DNA of 63,577 bases, counting the filler, from Pelomyxa schiedti (Eukaryota > Protista > Evosea), in assembly GCA_020536535.1 (NCBI GenBank). It is 5 parts of 5 records of this genome, joined end to end, with 100 filler letters (N's around TTAATTAATTAA, not from the genome) between each part and the next. Parts side by side here need not be neighbours in the genome. Positions count along the whole stretch, not along the records: positions 1 to 20,889 come from JAHLWZ010001081.1; positions 20,990 to 31,030 come from JAHLWZ010000513.1; 3 more parts are not named here. One strand, written 5' to 3'. Positions 12,262 to 25,169 of the stretch are shown here, piece after piece. The position numbers and the translations under genes were made by a program. Position 1 is the first letter of the stretch. Each line of letters starts with the position of its first letter. The notes beneath the pieces are model-generated. The model was not told the origin of the DNA, searched no databases, and worked only from the letters and a program-made list of their open reading frames with translations.

Positions 12262-12465
12262 TAGAAATATGAAATGCTATATGTTATTTCCCCTTTTCTT
12301 TCTTACATTGTCTACTTCCGTGAGGAACGGCAGTAGACAAACAAATATGAAACAGTATATTTGAGCGTAAGGCTCATGAAGGGTACCTAGTTCACAGCCA
12401 TTCATCTCCGGTGATTCCCTGAATCATCACCCTTTGTAAGCGGTAAAAAAACCAACGGGTGTTCG

Positions 12466-15400
12466 ATGGGCAGTCCCATGATCATAATTGGAGTGGCTGT
12501 TGTTGTTGCATTGGTTGGTTGTATCTGTTTTTGTGAAGCGGGGACTGTGACACCTCCACTTGGCGTGTACCCTCAGGTGTTTGGGTCAGCTTTTTTTCTT
12601 TTGTAAATCACATTTTTATTTGGTGCAGTGCTTTTGGAAGGTAGGTGGTCCCAACTGATTTGGCAAATGAATAGGTGTATAGGCCTGAGCAACACCCTCA
12701 GAGGGACAGGTTCAGTGTGGCACCTCCAACTTGGGACACTTTCCAGGGTGTCACGCACTTTGCTACTTTGAGGTGGCATTTACTGATCCAAGTAAATTTG
12801 TTAATATGTGGATTGACTTCTTTTTCTCAGAGGGTTTTCTCTGGATAATAACGGAAATATCGTGGACTACAAGGACACGATTGAATTGTACTCCCAGTTT
12901 GGTGACATTCTATGGCCGTTTAAGGTTGCGTGATAGATGCTGACAAGTACTCCTGGCTTATCTGCCCCCTAATTTTCAGGATGACATATTTGCCCCCAAC
13001 TTGAATGAAGTGGTAGACTATGTTGCTTCCCTTGGAATGTATATAAGTGACTTTCTTTCATCTCTGTCCCTACTTCTCATTCTTTTTTCCAGCTGACATT
13101 TGGGGATTCGTCCCCGGATCTGGACCCGGTGACTGGGAAGAGTTTACCCCACCGCCAGAAGCTCTTGAGTACCTTGAAGCAGTGCTTGGTAGCCACTGGC
13201 TGGGCATGGATGTCGGCGAACAAGGTACTTTTGTAGGGGAATAGTAGGGGAATAAATAAAACTTCTGATACTGTTAAGATGGCCGATATATCGGAGGATA
13301 CAGCACTCAGACAATACCGCTGTCAGGTTCCCATTCCAGTCATTTTCTTCATTTCCACTACTTTTTTGACAAGATGGAAACGGTACTGCCTGCTCTTTAC
13401 ATAATTGAATCGCCTAATACTATAAAAGGAATTAGGAGGAAAAGTTGCTGCCTTGACTTCTCTTTACATGCCGCATTACCTGCTGCAATCTGGTAGGTAC
13501 ACAGTGGCCGGATGTGAAACCGCTCAGGCATTGCCAAATACTCAATTATTCTATTCTTTCACCCGAGGTAAATCTTGCCTTAGTTTGGAAATTCTTTAAC
13601 TGTGCCTCAATTGCTTGAAAAGGAGCCTGTAAAAGATATGGTATATTGTGGTTTGGAAATGTGAGTATTTACAATAGGTGGGGGTACAAGACTTTTCTCC
13701 CTCTAAACAGTACAGCCCAGTTCCAGAAGGTAGATTCATCAGTGTGGTTTTGTTACTTTTCAACTCATTCATTGCAGCCTGGAGCATACACGTGCAATTC
13801 ACAGAATGATGGTGGTACTGAATGCGGACCTTCTCTGGCGTTGATGAAACGTTTAATGTACTCACAAATTTTCTATAACAGTGCTTATGTGAGTATGGAG
13901 AATGGTTGGCTTTCAGGAACTGAAATCACGTCAGCTGGCTCCATACAGGTTAGTGTGTTACTTTCTAATTTTCCTCATCCAGTACAGAAAGGTGCCCTTG
14001 AGTGGATCTCTCAATACCGTACACCAGGAATCCACTTAGCAACAATCGGAGTAATGTTGGACTTTTTCCAAGGGTATCTCTGGGAATTTGCGAATTTTTC
14101 TTACTTCTCTTGTCAGGTATGTGCCTCCTCGCCACTTATACAGTGGTTCTATCTACAGAAATTGGGGAACTCTGCCCTATGACACACAAAAAGGAGATTA
14201 CTTCACAGGTATCCTCGCAAGGTTTTCCCTCCTTACATTATTTTAGACGAATTGTTTCGGCTGGTATATCCTGGGTATCAAGACAGCAGCTACTTTCACA
14301 GTGAAGGTTGTTGGCCGTTTTTACACACATTTTTACCTAACACAGCGGGTTTCACCACTCCGACACCCTATGGAGACTCGATAGACATTCTACTGCATGA
14401 TGCGCCACAGTGGTTGATTAATCGATATGACACAATCATCGTAACTGGTACTTTGGAGCATGACACTACTGAGATAGGCTCTAAACTTTCCAAGTTTTTC
14501 CTGCCATAATGTACCAATTTTCTAATGCTACTAGGTTCATGCAGCAAGGTGGCCATGTGATTCTTACATCTTCAAATCTTGCAGCAATACCAGGTGGCCT
14601 GGGTGCATGCACCACTTCAACCGGGAGTTGCTTCACTGTAGCTGCTAAAACTCAAGTTTTACTCGCGAATGGAACAACGATTGTTGAACCGCTTTCTTTT
14701 ACTGCATGTCCTATTAGTTGCTCTGGGAGCAGTGTGCAAGTACTGGCACAAATAGTATCCTCTGGAACTCCTGTTGCTTTGCAGAACACAGTTGGAGATC
14801 TGAACGGAACCTTGATTGTATTAGGACCGCCCACTGCTGTGTCCCTTGAATCACAGAAAATCACTGGCAACTCCGAGGTTATCCTCAACTAATTTACTTC
14901 TTGTATTCACTGCCCATTTAGGATTCAAGCCTTTCTTCACCTCATCCAATTGTGTCCAGTGTCCGAGGAGTTCTTGATTTGATTTTAACAAGTCGCATGC
15001 CGTTCCGCGTTTCCTCTGGTTTGACGTGGATTGCCTGTCGAAATGCCACCAAGATATATACTCTTCTCGTGAGCAATCCAACCTGGGGCGAACTTCCCAT
15101 GAACATAGAATCACAAATTGGAGCAATCGCCTCTTTATCGGAGATTCCTCTGGATCAGTCAGAGAAAAATCAAGTTGGATATGTCCCTGACGGTTACGCA
15201 GGAATTGACTTGGGAAGCAGCACAGCCACCACAATTGCTGGTGGAGATACCAGAGTATTCAAAATTTCCCTTCAATCTGAAGATGGTGTCAAGGCAAGTC
15301 TTTTTTTCTTTTGCTTGTTAACTCATAGAATACCAAGGTACTTTCAGAAGTGGCTCCAGAGAGCCGGCTTTTCCGAGTAGGTTACAATCTCCTCAAACCA

Positions 15401-16308
15401 GGCACTCACGCATCTTTGCGAAATTATCTGGCCCTGTCTCCAATTGTTTCCGAAACATTTGACACCGCCATGGTGGATTGGACTTATATTGCCGGGCGTT
15501 CCACAGAATACCTTCAAGTGGAAGGGCAGTGGCTTGCCAGCCGGAAATGGAGGCTCATTGTGGATGCCTCTAGTGGCATTGACCTCTATCCCGGAGATGG
15601 AATCTACAACTATAGGCTATTCTACCAGAAATTTTCATTTTACTAATTCCTCGTAGGTTATGCAACAATTCTCAACCGCAATACAGCAATTCTTTTGCCG
15701 GCCTGCAACAACTTATTACAAAAATGGGCTCAATGGGAGTAGCCAATGATCTGCTTCTAACTACACACAGAGTACCGGAAAACAACTACACCCCGGAACA
15801 AACACACTCCGACTTTGCAGAATCTCTCCGGAACCTCATCAGCTTCTCTGAACCACTTGGAATCCACATACACCTCCGCTACAGCCTCAAGAACGACTTC
15901 TTGAATTCTCTACTATCTACCTCGGCATGGGCCGCATCTGTACACGCAGACCTGAGGGTGGCTATTGAACTGTCACTTGCCTCATACAGGAATGACCTCC
16001 GGAGCGTCATACAGGACACTGTTGCCTCACAAGGAGGAATCATTCTAGTTGCCGGACATGATTCCGATGTGAACTCCGGCATATGTGATGAATCAGAGGC
16101 TATTCTGCAGTGCACAGAGACCACACAGGACAGTGTGGGACTCAGGCTTACTTCTGCATGTAGTGCCGGCCTGTGCCTTACTGAGAAAAGTGATGGTGAT
16201 ACAATCCCGGAACTTGTTATCATTCTGGATGGTGTTGCTGACTCTGAGGGCTCACAGCAGGCCCTGAATGATTTAGGTTGGGTGTCTTCTGTACTCGCTG
16301 AGAATTAA
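12466..16308 (+). CDS. Large secreted protein of unknown function, possibly a TIM-barrel glycoside-hydrolase-like enzyme
   Basis: Signal-peptide-like MGSPMIIIGVAVVVALVGCICFCEA; many spliced exons with conserved-looking motifs WLGMDVGEQ|DGRYIGGY, GCETAQALPN, WFGNVSIYNRWGYK, GPSLALMKRLMY. Confidence 0.7.
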
Positions 16309-16408
16309 AATGGAAGATGGAAGAAAAAGGTAATACGATTTGAGGAATAATTTAGAAATTAGCGAGTTACACACATCTCTTGTTGAGTTTTGGTTTTTTT
16401 TTCCCTGA

Positions 16409-19400
16409 TCAGCTGGTGATGATGGATTTTAGAACCTCAAATTCGGCCTAGCTCAAATTAGAATTTTTTCAATTTGCTGCTTGCATACAAGGGCTAGATA
16501 GTCCTCAGCTGAAGTGTCATCACCTGCTTTCAGTGACGTCTCAATTGTAGTGAAACTTTCCGCTAACTTCCGAACCTTAGAACTTAATTAAATCGAGGGT
16601 AAAAATTAAGCGGGCACATACAACGATTGCCATTAATTTTGGGTAATCATCTTCTCTTAGCTGCGAGTGTGTTTCATCAGGTGGAGCGCTATCTGGTTTT
16701 TCCTTGAAGAAAGGCTTTTAGAGAGAGGAACATAATAATGGGTACATACCGTTATGAGAACTATGAAATTGTCCATTGGTTCCCGCAGAGGTTCTATTAG
16801 CTGGGCAATTATCTCCATGTGGGAAGTCTCCAGGGAATCTCTAGAAACGAGTGTCAAAATATGTCAAAAAAGTGGGAGAGTGGCTACTCTTGTCTGGATG
16901 CATTTGCCAAACTTTGTATTACTTTGGCAATCATTGTCAGAGCTCTACGATTCTCGGGCGATATATCCACTAAAAAGAAATGTTTGATATAAGATGCAAT
17001 GTGGGACGGTACCTGACGAGAGATAAAATTGCTCTGGGAAGAAAACTGAACATTTGTGTTAGTCAGTCAGCCTTTTTATAAATGTTTTCGTACCAGCGGG
17101 GCAGAAGTATCTTAGGAAGAAAACTGCAATGGCCAAAGTGGAAGCGAGTTGGGGTCGTCCCTGTTTAACCAGAACTTGTTTAAGCTCCCATAGAACAAGT
17201 CGGATATTCCTGTATGATATTTTAGGTACAAAAAAAAGAAAGTCACCATACAATGGAATCAGGTTAACATTCCGGAAAAGATTTTCTAAAATTGCTTGAG
17301 AAATTACAGCCAACCGCACATTGGCAGAGAATCCATCTCCATCTCTGTGGAAATTTAGTGGGTTCCGCCGGGGGAAAAAAAAGAAACACACCGAAGCTCT
17401 ACTCCAATCGTAGAATCGGCTAGAAGACTGTCGATATGTGGCTTCAAAACCGTGTTCAGATATTGAAAACCAATAAGTTTGAAATAGTGCATCGCGAGCC
17501 TGGTAGCCAGTGTGTTCTGCCGTAAAAATGTTTTATCCGATGCTACAAACAATGCTCATTAGAAGGAAGAAACTACAACAGGGTACCAATGGTTACTTCT
17601 CTTGTGAGCAGTTGTACAACGAGATTCCGGGCCATACTTTTTTGATGGAATATGCGGATGAGTGCTAAAGAAAATGCATCTTCAGAAGAGCTCCACAATG
17701 CTCTGCATATTGCCATTGTTATGTATAGTTCTGGGTTTGTAAGTATCTAAAGAAAATCAGTTGAGTGTTATCGGAGTAAAAAGTTACTGATTGCAGTTGG
17801 TCAAAGAAGTCCTTAGAAATCTTGAGGTACTTATTTCTATCCATCGCGGTAGTGAAACTCAGAGAAAATGATATTTCCCCTGTAGCCTTACTGCCCTTCT
17901 CAACACTAATTGGGGCAATGCCATTGCTTAAGGGTTTTAGTGGCTTTTCCTCTTTTGTTGCACTACCTCTGCCAATGGGAGAAATCAGAAACTGGCACGT
18001 CTACAAATCCAAGAAGTTTGTCCTTGGACAGCTTACCACAGCTCATTACATCAATTCTTAGTGCCCTTGTACTTGGAGGAACTTCTCTGAATGTAAGTAA
18101 ATAATTGTAAGAATCGTTATTGTCACTCACATGGAAAATTCTTCATCCCTAATAAACTTTTAGAAGTTTTCAAAGTAAAAGGATGACTCACCAGACTGGG
18201 TTTGAGTCACCTTCTACAAGTTTTGCTCTGAGCCGTTTGACAGCTGGAGACGCTGGGGTAGTGGAAGTGGTGGTATTCCCCCCTGCTAGAGAATCCACGA
18301 GATAGATTTCACAAAATGTGTTTGGCTTGGGTTTCCCTCCGTTCGTTTTCAAGTTTGTTCCCCCCGTGACTATCAGTCCCAGTTAAAAAAAGATAGATGA
18401 GAGGGAGTAGGTACGATGAACTGTGAGCAGGGCACTTTTAAACGTGTTCACAGCATCCATGAGATTTTTCATTGTTGTAGACCGCCAATCAAAACCTCGA
18501 GGCCTTCCACCTCCACTGCCACTTTCAGTTTTGGTGCTTGAAGTGGAGGAAGTGGGTGCAATCTCCTTAGAAGGTGGTGTGGGAGAATGGGCAGGGGAGT
18601 GTGTGGTAGTGGGGGAAGACTGTGTAGGTGTGGCAGCCGTTGTCTGGGCGGGAATTGTCTGTACCGGTCTTCTTCCAAGAAGAGGCCTAGCAATCCTGGC
18701 TCCAATGGACGAAGGATGGACATGATGAATGGCAGTGGCGAAATGCGCGGGAGATGGTATCGGCGAAGAACCAGTGGATTGGGTGGATGCCGCCTTGAGT
18801 GAAGATGCAGCCAGCAATGACCCAGCAGAAGAGCTCTGGGACAGCATAGAAACCAAAGGATCCTCGTTCACGCTCATCAGAGTATCCTTCCTCCCCCTCC
18901 CATTACTCCAACTATTCCCAGTACTAGTGTCTGTTGCACTAACAACAGGGGGAGGTGGAGGAGGAGGGGCTGGGGGTATAACTGAAACATTACTGATAGG
19001 ACTATGAGCATCTCTATCTTCTCGAATATCCTCATCACAAGTAATAGAAATTGTGGTAGTACTACCAGTGTTCCCATCGAATTGTCCCATAACTGCGGGT
19101 TCGGCTTGGTCAATGACACAACACGTCAATGAGGGCGACGACGACGGCGATGGCGAGGGCGATGAGGCGCCGGAGTTAATTATGGGAACCACAAAGGGCG
19201 GGGGAGCAGCCGGAGGGACCAGGAGGGGCGGTTTCGGCGAAGCGGGGGCCTGTGATGGGGGCGGCGACGGCGCTTCAAACGATGGTGCGGCTACGTCGGG
19301 CGCGAGGACGCTTATGTCGCCGGGCGAATCGGCACGGGACACGGTAATTGTGGGTGTTGTAGGCGCGGTGGGAGTAGCCGATTCTACTTGTTGTTGTTGT

Positions 19401-19567
19401 TGTATCTGAGAGCTGCAATTTGGGGGCAGCGGGGGTGGTACCAGGTTCACATCACCGGAGGAGGGGGGAGGCGGTGGTGGGGACGATGGCGGTGGGGGAA
19501 TTATGGGACCGGATTGGTTAGTGTTGTTGGCGGTGTGGTGAAGGCCCAGGAACGTAGTGCGTGACAT
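16409..19567 (-). CDS. Ras GTPase-activating protein with long proline/serine-rich N-terminus
   Basis: RasGAP arginine-finger region FLRQNTLATRLAMHYFKLIGFQYLNTVLKPHI and the FLR motif FFLRYFCPA; polyproline N-terminal exon. Confidence 0.85.
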
Positions 19568-19820
19568 TTCGCCGCGAAATACCGTTTCGTTGTTTTGGTT
19601 TGTTATCAGGAGGATCTGACAGAAACTGATAAACGCATCCTCTGGCTTCGAAAGCTGCCGTCGTTCAGTGGTGCGGTTGGTGCCATGGAAACAGCGGTTT
19701 TCCTTCAATCCCTGCGGACATGAGGCTGTCACTGACGAATCCTTCTCAGAAGCAATCAAACGCCGATCATTCTGGACTCCGAAATACGGTGAAGAAAAAA
19801 ACAAAGAAAAGACACAAACG

Positions 19821-20212
19821 ATGGGGGTACAACCGGATGGTGACGGAGATTTGTTGAGCACAGGTGCAATTGTGGGAGTGGCGATTGGGTCGGGCATCGC
19901 TGCGTTCCTGCTTGCTTTTCTTCTTCCGTGTTGGCCCAGCAACATCGACCCTTCTGAGAACGCGTTTTTAAAAAAGTATTTTCCACGTCTCTTATGTAAA
20001 TTTCGAGTTTAATCCACAATATAGGCACTTTAAGGGACAGTACACACCTGGGGGTGTTGGAGGTCTGGCCTGGTTGATATATAATACGGGAATTGCTTTA
20101 CTGGATTGCGTCATTGTGGCGGTATTTCCCCTGCTGTTACTTTTCAATTGTAATTTTTTTATAGGTTGCAGTTGGGTTGATACTGGGATTGTGTGCGTTT
20201 TCCCTAAAATAA
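19821..20212 (+). CDS. Small (about 100 aa) 2-3 TM membrane protein, copy 1
   Basis: MGVQPDGDGDLLSTGAIVGVAIGSGIAAFLLAFLLPCWP..; two GT-AG introns give ..GGVGGLAWLIYNTGIALLDCVIVA|VAVGLILGLCAFSLK*. Coding status is supported by a diverged paralog about 950 nt downstream. Confidence 0.65.
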
Positions 20213-20766
20213 ACCCTATCCTCACCGAGAAACTAACTGAAGAACAAACACCCAAACAACAACAGGCCCACAATCCGTTGTTGAGATTGTGCTTGTGTCT
20301 GTATTACCACCAGTCATCATTCCAGTAATATCCTCAATCCCGTGGATATTCTGGGTGTGGAATCAAGACTGGGAAGACTGAGCCAGAGAGACTGGGACCT
20401 GGTCACGATGTGGTGACGCATCACAGCTCTGCTTTCAAGCTAGGGATTCACTGTAGATAATGAGTATTACACTTCCACATCCTAGTCACACGAATTATGC
20501 ACAAACCATGCAATTGTAAGGCAGAAAAAGTGCCTTTATCCTTTCCATGTCGATGCTATAATGTGGTTCAACAACTTGCAGGGTTGTTATTTCAAGTACT
20601 TGATGGGGCTTGTGTAACCAATGGTAGATAACCAAGTACTTGGGCTTATAAACAAGTAGTTTGACTTCGCAAAAAAAAAAAGCATACAACAACCGATTTC
20701 TTCTCCGAAGCTTCACTGAGGAAATCCCCCTAAACCAAAAAAAAAAAAAAAAAAAAAACCAAACGA

Positions 20767-20889
20767 ATGGTGATGGGGGTACAACCTGATGGCGAGGGAG
20801 ACTTGCTGAGCACAGGGGCAGTTGTGGGAGTAACGTTTGGGTGTGGTGTCGCCACATTCTTGATTGCTTTTATTCTTCCTTGGTGGCCA
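20767..20889 (+). CDS. Small membrane protein, copy 2 (truncated by gap)
   Basis: MGVQPDGEGDLLSTGAVVGVTFGCGVATFLIAFILPWWP aligns without gaps to copy 1, with synonymous and conservative changes. Confidence 0.65.
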
Positions 20890-20989
20890 NNNNNNNNNNN
20901 NNNNNNNNNNNNNNNNNNNNNNNNNNNNNNNNNTTAATTAATTAANNNNNNNNNNNNNNNNNNNNNNNNNNNNNNNNNNNNNNNNNNNN
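20890..20989. other. Scaffold gap with artificial TTAATTAATTAA linker
   Basis: 44 N + TTAATTAATTAA + 44 N. Confidence 0.97.
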
Positions 20990-22479
20990 GCGCGGCGCCG
21001 TGCTCCCGCGCGCCCGGCGTCGCCGGCGACGACGCCCGCGGCCGCTACGGCGGAGGAGGACGAGGAGGCGCGGAGGGTGAGGCGCCACGAGCGCAGGCTG
21101 ACGTGGCTGTGCGCCGCAATAGAGTTCCGCGATAAGATCCAGGTACACCCGCGTGCTCGTGGGGTTGCGTACACGTGTGGCTATTGTGGGACACACACGA
21201 CAGCGGGGGAAGGGGAATGTGGAGGGGGGCGGGCGGCGGGGGGGACGGGCAATTATGGGTTGTTGTGTTATGTTATGTATGGATATTTGGTTGTGAACAA
21301 AATGTGGACCGGGTCATTTAAATTTAGTTTATTATTACCAGTGGACTGCCCTTATATATTTCAAACGATTTTTTATTACAAACAGCCTTGCTGACCATGA
21401 TCCCGACTTGTTGATGTAGTTGTTTTTTTAGTTACCAAAAAAGCTTAATTCTTATGTAAATTCTTTTAGTGTGACTTGCATATTCTTGGCAGGCAAGATT
21501 GAGGAGTATAGAATCAGCCTACATCAGCTCTGTGATATGATTGAGAACGCAACAGCACCCAAACCACACGCCCCTGGGATAGGCCAAATTAGAGTAACTG
21601 CCGCTAAAGTAATGGAGTGCGAGTTGGGGCTTCTCGCTGGACTCCGCTTTAACCTCATTGTGTATCACCCGCACAGAAGCTTTAGAGGATTCACTGCTGA
21701 CTGGTGCAAATTTGCGGTGTGCCTCCTCCGAGTTCTTTTTCCTTCCGTTTACGGTAGATTGAATATTTTCAGGAATCAAATAAAATAAGGCAACCAGATG
21801 CTGATGCCCTAATTAGGACGGGAAACAAATTTCTGCATGAAGTCATGCTTACCGACGTTCCCCTCATCTACACGCCTGGACAAATTGCACTTGCCGCATT
21901 GCACCACGTACTGACCACTGTGGAGCCGTTCTCTTCCGATAAGGAACTACTATCTTCACACCAAAAGTTCGCAATATATTCATTCCTCCTTCGCACGTTT
22001 CATGATACAACTAATATTGCAACCAGGTACATAAACGCGAAGCTGTGCAAGGTACCGTGGCTCCCGCAGCTCACCACTAGTGTCATACCATCAATCCTTG
22101 CAATGGTATCCCCACAATCCCGCAACCCAAGTACTACTACATCACCAACAACACCCCCAGTCACTGTCACCACCACCNNNNNNNNNNNNNNNNNNNNNNN
22201 NNNNNNNNNNNNNNNNNNNNNNNNNNNNNNNNNNNNNNNNNNNNNNNNNNNNNNNNNNNNNNNNNNNNNNNNNNNNNGTGGCTCCCGCAGCTCACCACTA
22301 GTGTCATACCATCAATCCTTGCAATGGTATCCCCACAATCCCGCAACCCAAGTACTACTACATCACCAACAACACCCCCAGTCACTGTCACCACCACCCC
22401 TACACAACAATCCTCCCCTCAATCACAATCCCCACCAACAACAATAAAAACACCACCACCAAGCACACAATCCCCCTGA
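20990..22479 (+). CDS. CCNH: Cyclin H-like (CAK/TFIIH cyclin), 5' partial
   Basis: WTALIYFKRFFITNSLADHDP..VTCIFLAGKIEE, ECELGLLAGLRFNLIVYHPHRSFRGF and LTDVPLIYTPGQIALAAL match cyclin H/C-family boxes. Confidence 0.85.
22057..22398. other. 100-N gap flanked by an exact 121-bp duplication (assembly artefact)
   Basis: 22057-22177 is identical to 22278-22398 across N 22178-22277. Confidence 0.93.
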
Positions 22480-22675
22480 AACCCACACATAGGGCCCAAA
22501 CTTTTCGCCTCTATTTCTATCCCTGTTTCTAATCCTCCAAAACAAAAGGAAGAAAAAACAACACAACGAACCTTGGAGGCGATAGTTGCCTGCGCAATCA
22601 ATCGGCCGATTGTTTTTCCCCCGGAGCACCACAAACAAACAAAATAAACAAGACTTGTCGACCAGTACGACTAAG

Positions 22676-24889
22676 ATGTTGTATTCTACGTCGGCGTTGG
22701 GGGGGTTGATGTCGTCGGGGGTTGTTGGTGTAGGCGTCGATACATCGCAGCCGCAGCCGTGCAAGGTGTTACACTTCAGGAACGTGAACCCCGAAATAAC
22801 TCAGGTTGACTACTACGTAGCAAAACTTTGTTTGGGGTTTTTTTTTTTCGGTTTTGTACTTGTAATACTGGAACATGTTTGGTGGTTTTAAGTGGGCTTT
22901 TTTTTTTCCCCTCTTTTTCTGTTTCTTTTTTTTTCCTTACGTCCCATAGGAAGAACTTGTGTCTGTGTGTACACCGTTCGGAGCTGTGGAGAAGGTTATC
23001 ATGATGAAGTCAAAGAAACAAGCAATGGTACAAATGCATGAGATCAGTGCAGCTATCAACTTTGTTACCCACCACATCAACGTCCCCATCAAAATAGGGC
23101 ATGTTCTATCTTGATTTTTATCGCGCACTTACCTCTTTCCTTAGAGGGAAAACGGTATACGCCAGTTTTTCCAAGCATCAAGAGCTGACAACAGTATGTA
23201 AGAAAACTAGAATTACACATTCTTATTCATCCCGCAAGGAAACGGCCAACAAAATCCTGCTGGTTACCTTTTTCAACGCCTTACATGCGCAACTGGGAGA
23301 CGCCTTGATGACACTCATATCCGTCAACTTCGTGCATCAGATTTTCAGCTCTTATGGCGTTGTACAGAAGATTGTCATGATGAACAAAGATGCAGGTGTG
23401 TGACTACGTTTTTAGTTGTGTGTGACTCGTGTTGGCTTTCTTTGAAAATACCTCCGCCCGTTCCCCGCCACATCTCCCTCTGGCAAGGCCCAATATGCTG
23501 ATCACTTCCCTCTTTCCCCCCCGTTCTCCCATAGTTCTCCCAAACATCTCCCACCATTCATCACTCCCCCCGCATTTTGTGCGGCACAGCTTCCAATGAT
23601 AACGTAGCTAAGGAGACAACAGTACTTTCAACATCACCTTCGAATACCCTCTTCTCTCTACCTTGTTTTAAAGTCTTGTATTTCTACAACTCTCACTTGT
23701 TTGTTACATAACAATTGTACTTTACGTTCCCACCCTCTCCCTCCCATTTTTATATTGCAGGCATTCAGGCTCTTGTTCAATTCACTTCCATTGATGAAGC
23801 AATTCGTGCCAAGTCAATTCTTAGTGGCTACTCCTTCTACGCGGGCCCTGAAGTTGGAAGTTTTACCATTGACACCCAGTTCAGTAATCTACATGAACTC
23901 ACTGTACGTCAAGCTTCTGATAGAGCAAGGTATACTACTTTACTTTTATGTTATGAGGGTAAACCTTCTTTTAGGGACTTCACAACCCCAGCTGTTCCCC
24001 TTGGAGTTCTCAACTTACAACAAATGAATACTCCAGCGTTGGTGGCGAGGGTCTGTGTCCCCTTCTTCCTCCTCCAACTTACAGTTTGTGACAGACGATT
24101 CTTTACAATCAGCAGCAGACCCAACAACAATTGCAGGCTGCCGCCGCGGCCGCGCAAGTTACATCCAAACTGTCTGGCTCCAGCGCTGTTTCCGCAATTA
24201 TGACAGCTGCTCTCTCTCGCCCTGGTGAGCTAGACTTTATACCAGTGGATACACCACAGAAATTTGAACTGGCCACAGAGCCGATTCACCCACCGCAACC
24301 CCAACCCTCTTCCGGCAACACAGAGAATATCAAAGCAGAGCCACTTGCATCAAAACCAGACCCGAAGGCATCTCAATCCACGCAACCACAACAAGAACCT
24401 TCCAGCACCCATCATGAAGCTTCTCCAGGCACAATTACACAGCACACCATTAAGTCTGAGAAGGAACCCCCAAAGTCAGATAGTAACAGTAGCGCAACTA
24501 CTAGTACAAGCACCCAGGACAAGACATCATCCCCAATTCATTCCCCGCCAAGTGCCGGTACCACCACATCATCCACATCCAATTCTAAGGACAAGGAAAG
24601 ACCCACAGGTATTCCAAACGTACAGCTAATAACACTGAACTAATTCTATTTTACAGATAGGAAGCGAGGCAAGGATTCTCTGTCACCCCCACGGCCACAA
24701 TCCCACAATAACTCTGTGCCGGATACACCAAAACAGTGCATTCAGCCACAGCCCTCCGACATACAACCAACAGGGCCAAAGGAAAAGAAGCCCAGAACAT
24801 CAGCAACCACAGGAGGAGATACCACCACATCGGCAACACCAAAACCCCCATCCTCAGCCTCCCCCTCCCCCAATCCACACAGTGAGTGA
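22676..24889 (+). CDS. Polypyrimidine tract-binding protein / hnRNP L-like protein (two RRMs + low-complexity tail)
   Basis: RRM1 KVLHFRNVNPEITQ|EELVSVCTPFGAVEKVIMMKSKKQAMVQM..GKTVYASFSKHQEL; RRM2 NKILLVTF..VHQIFSSYGVVQKIV..GIQALVQF..QFSNLHELTV..DRARDFT. Confidence 0.85.
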
Positions 24890-25169
24890 CTACTGTGTGA
24901 CTCACGTCCAAAAGAATGAATGTCAATTGTTACCTCACCCATGCATCTATTCGCAGTACTTCTACCCACGCAAAGCTGTGGGTAAAAATAAAATTTTCCC
25001 AACGTTATTACGAGGCTGGGTGATGGATCCCACGGCACCGAACGACTTACGCTTTATTGAACTGCGCTACTGACAAAAGATGACAGTTGCGTAGTCTTAT
25101 GGCACGGGTCATCCTGTGCCAAGAGTCCTTCAGAGAAACAAGTTTTTCTTCGAATACCATTCCACCTCA

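Noticed and set aside
19566-19580. Perfect inverted repeat ATTTCGC-C-GCGAAAT (E2F-like) at the RasGAP start
   Set aside because: Single short instance, not seen at the other divergent promoters; could be chance.
20934-20945. TTAATTAATTAA palindrome, repeated at 31075, 60922 and 62189
   Set aside because: Always centred between two 44-N runs; an artificial six-frame stop linker, not biological.
22057-22398. Apparent direct repeats or internal protein duplication (also 29793-30134)
   Set aside because: Both are exact 121-bp copies flanking 100-N gaps, consistent with unmerged contig overlaps.
24900-24980. Minus-strand AGCTTTGCG resembling the U4 snRNA 5' end
   Set aside because: No downstream U6 stem-I complement (UGCUAAU) or convincing kink-turn/Sm arrangement.
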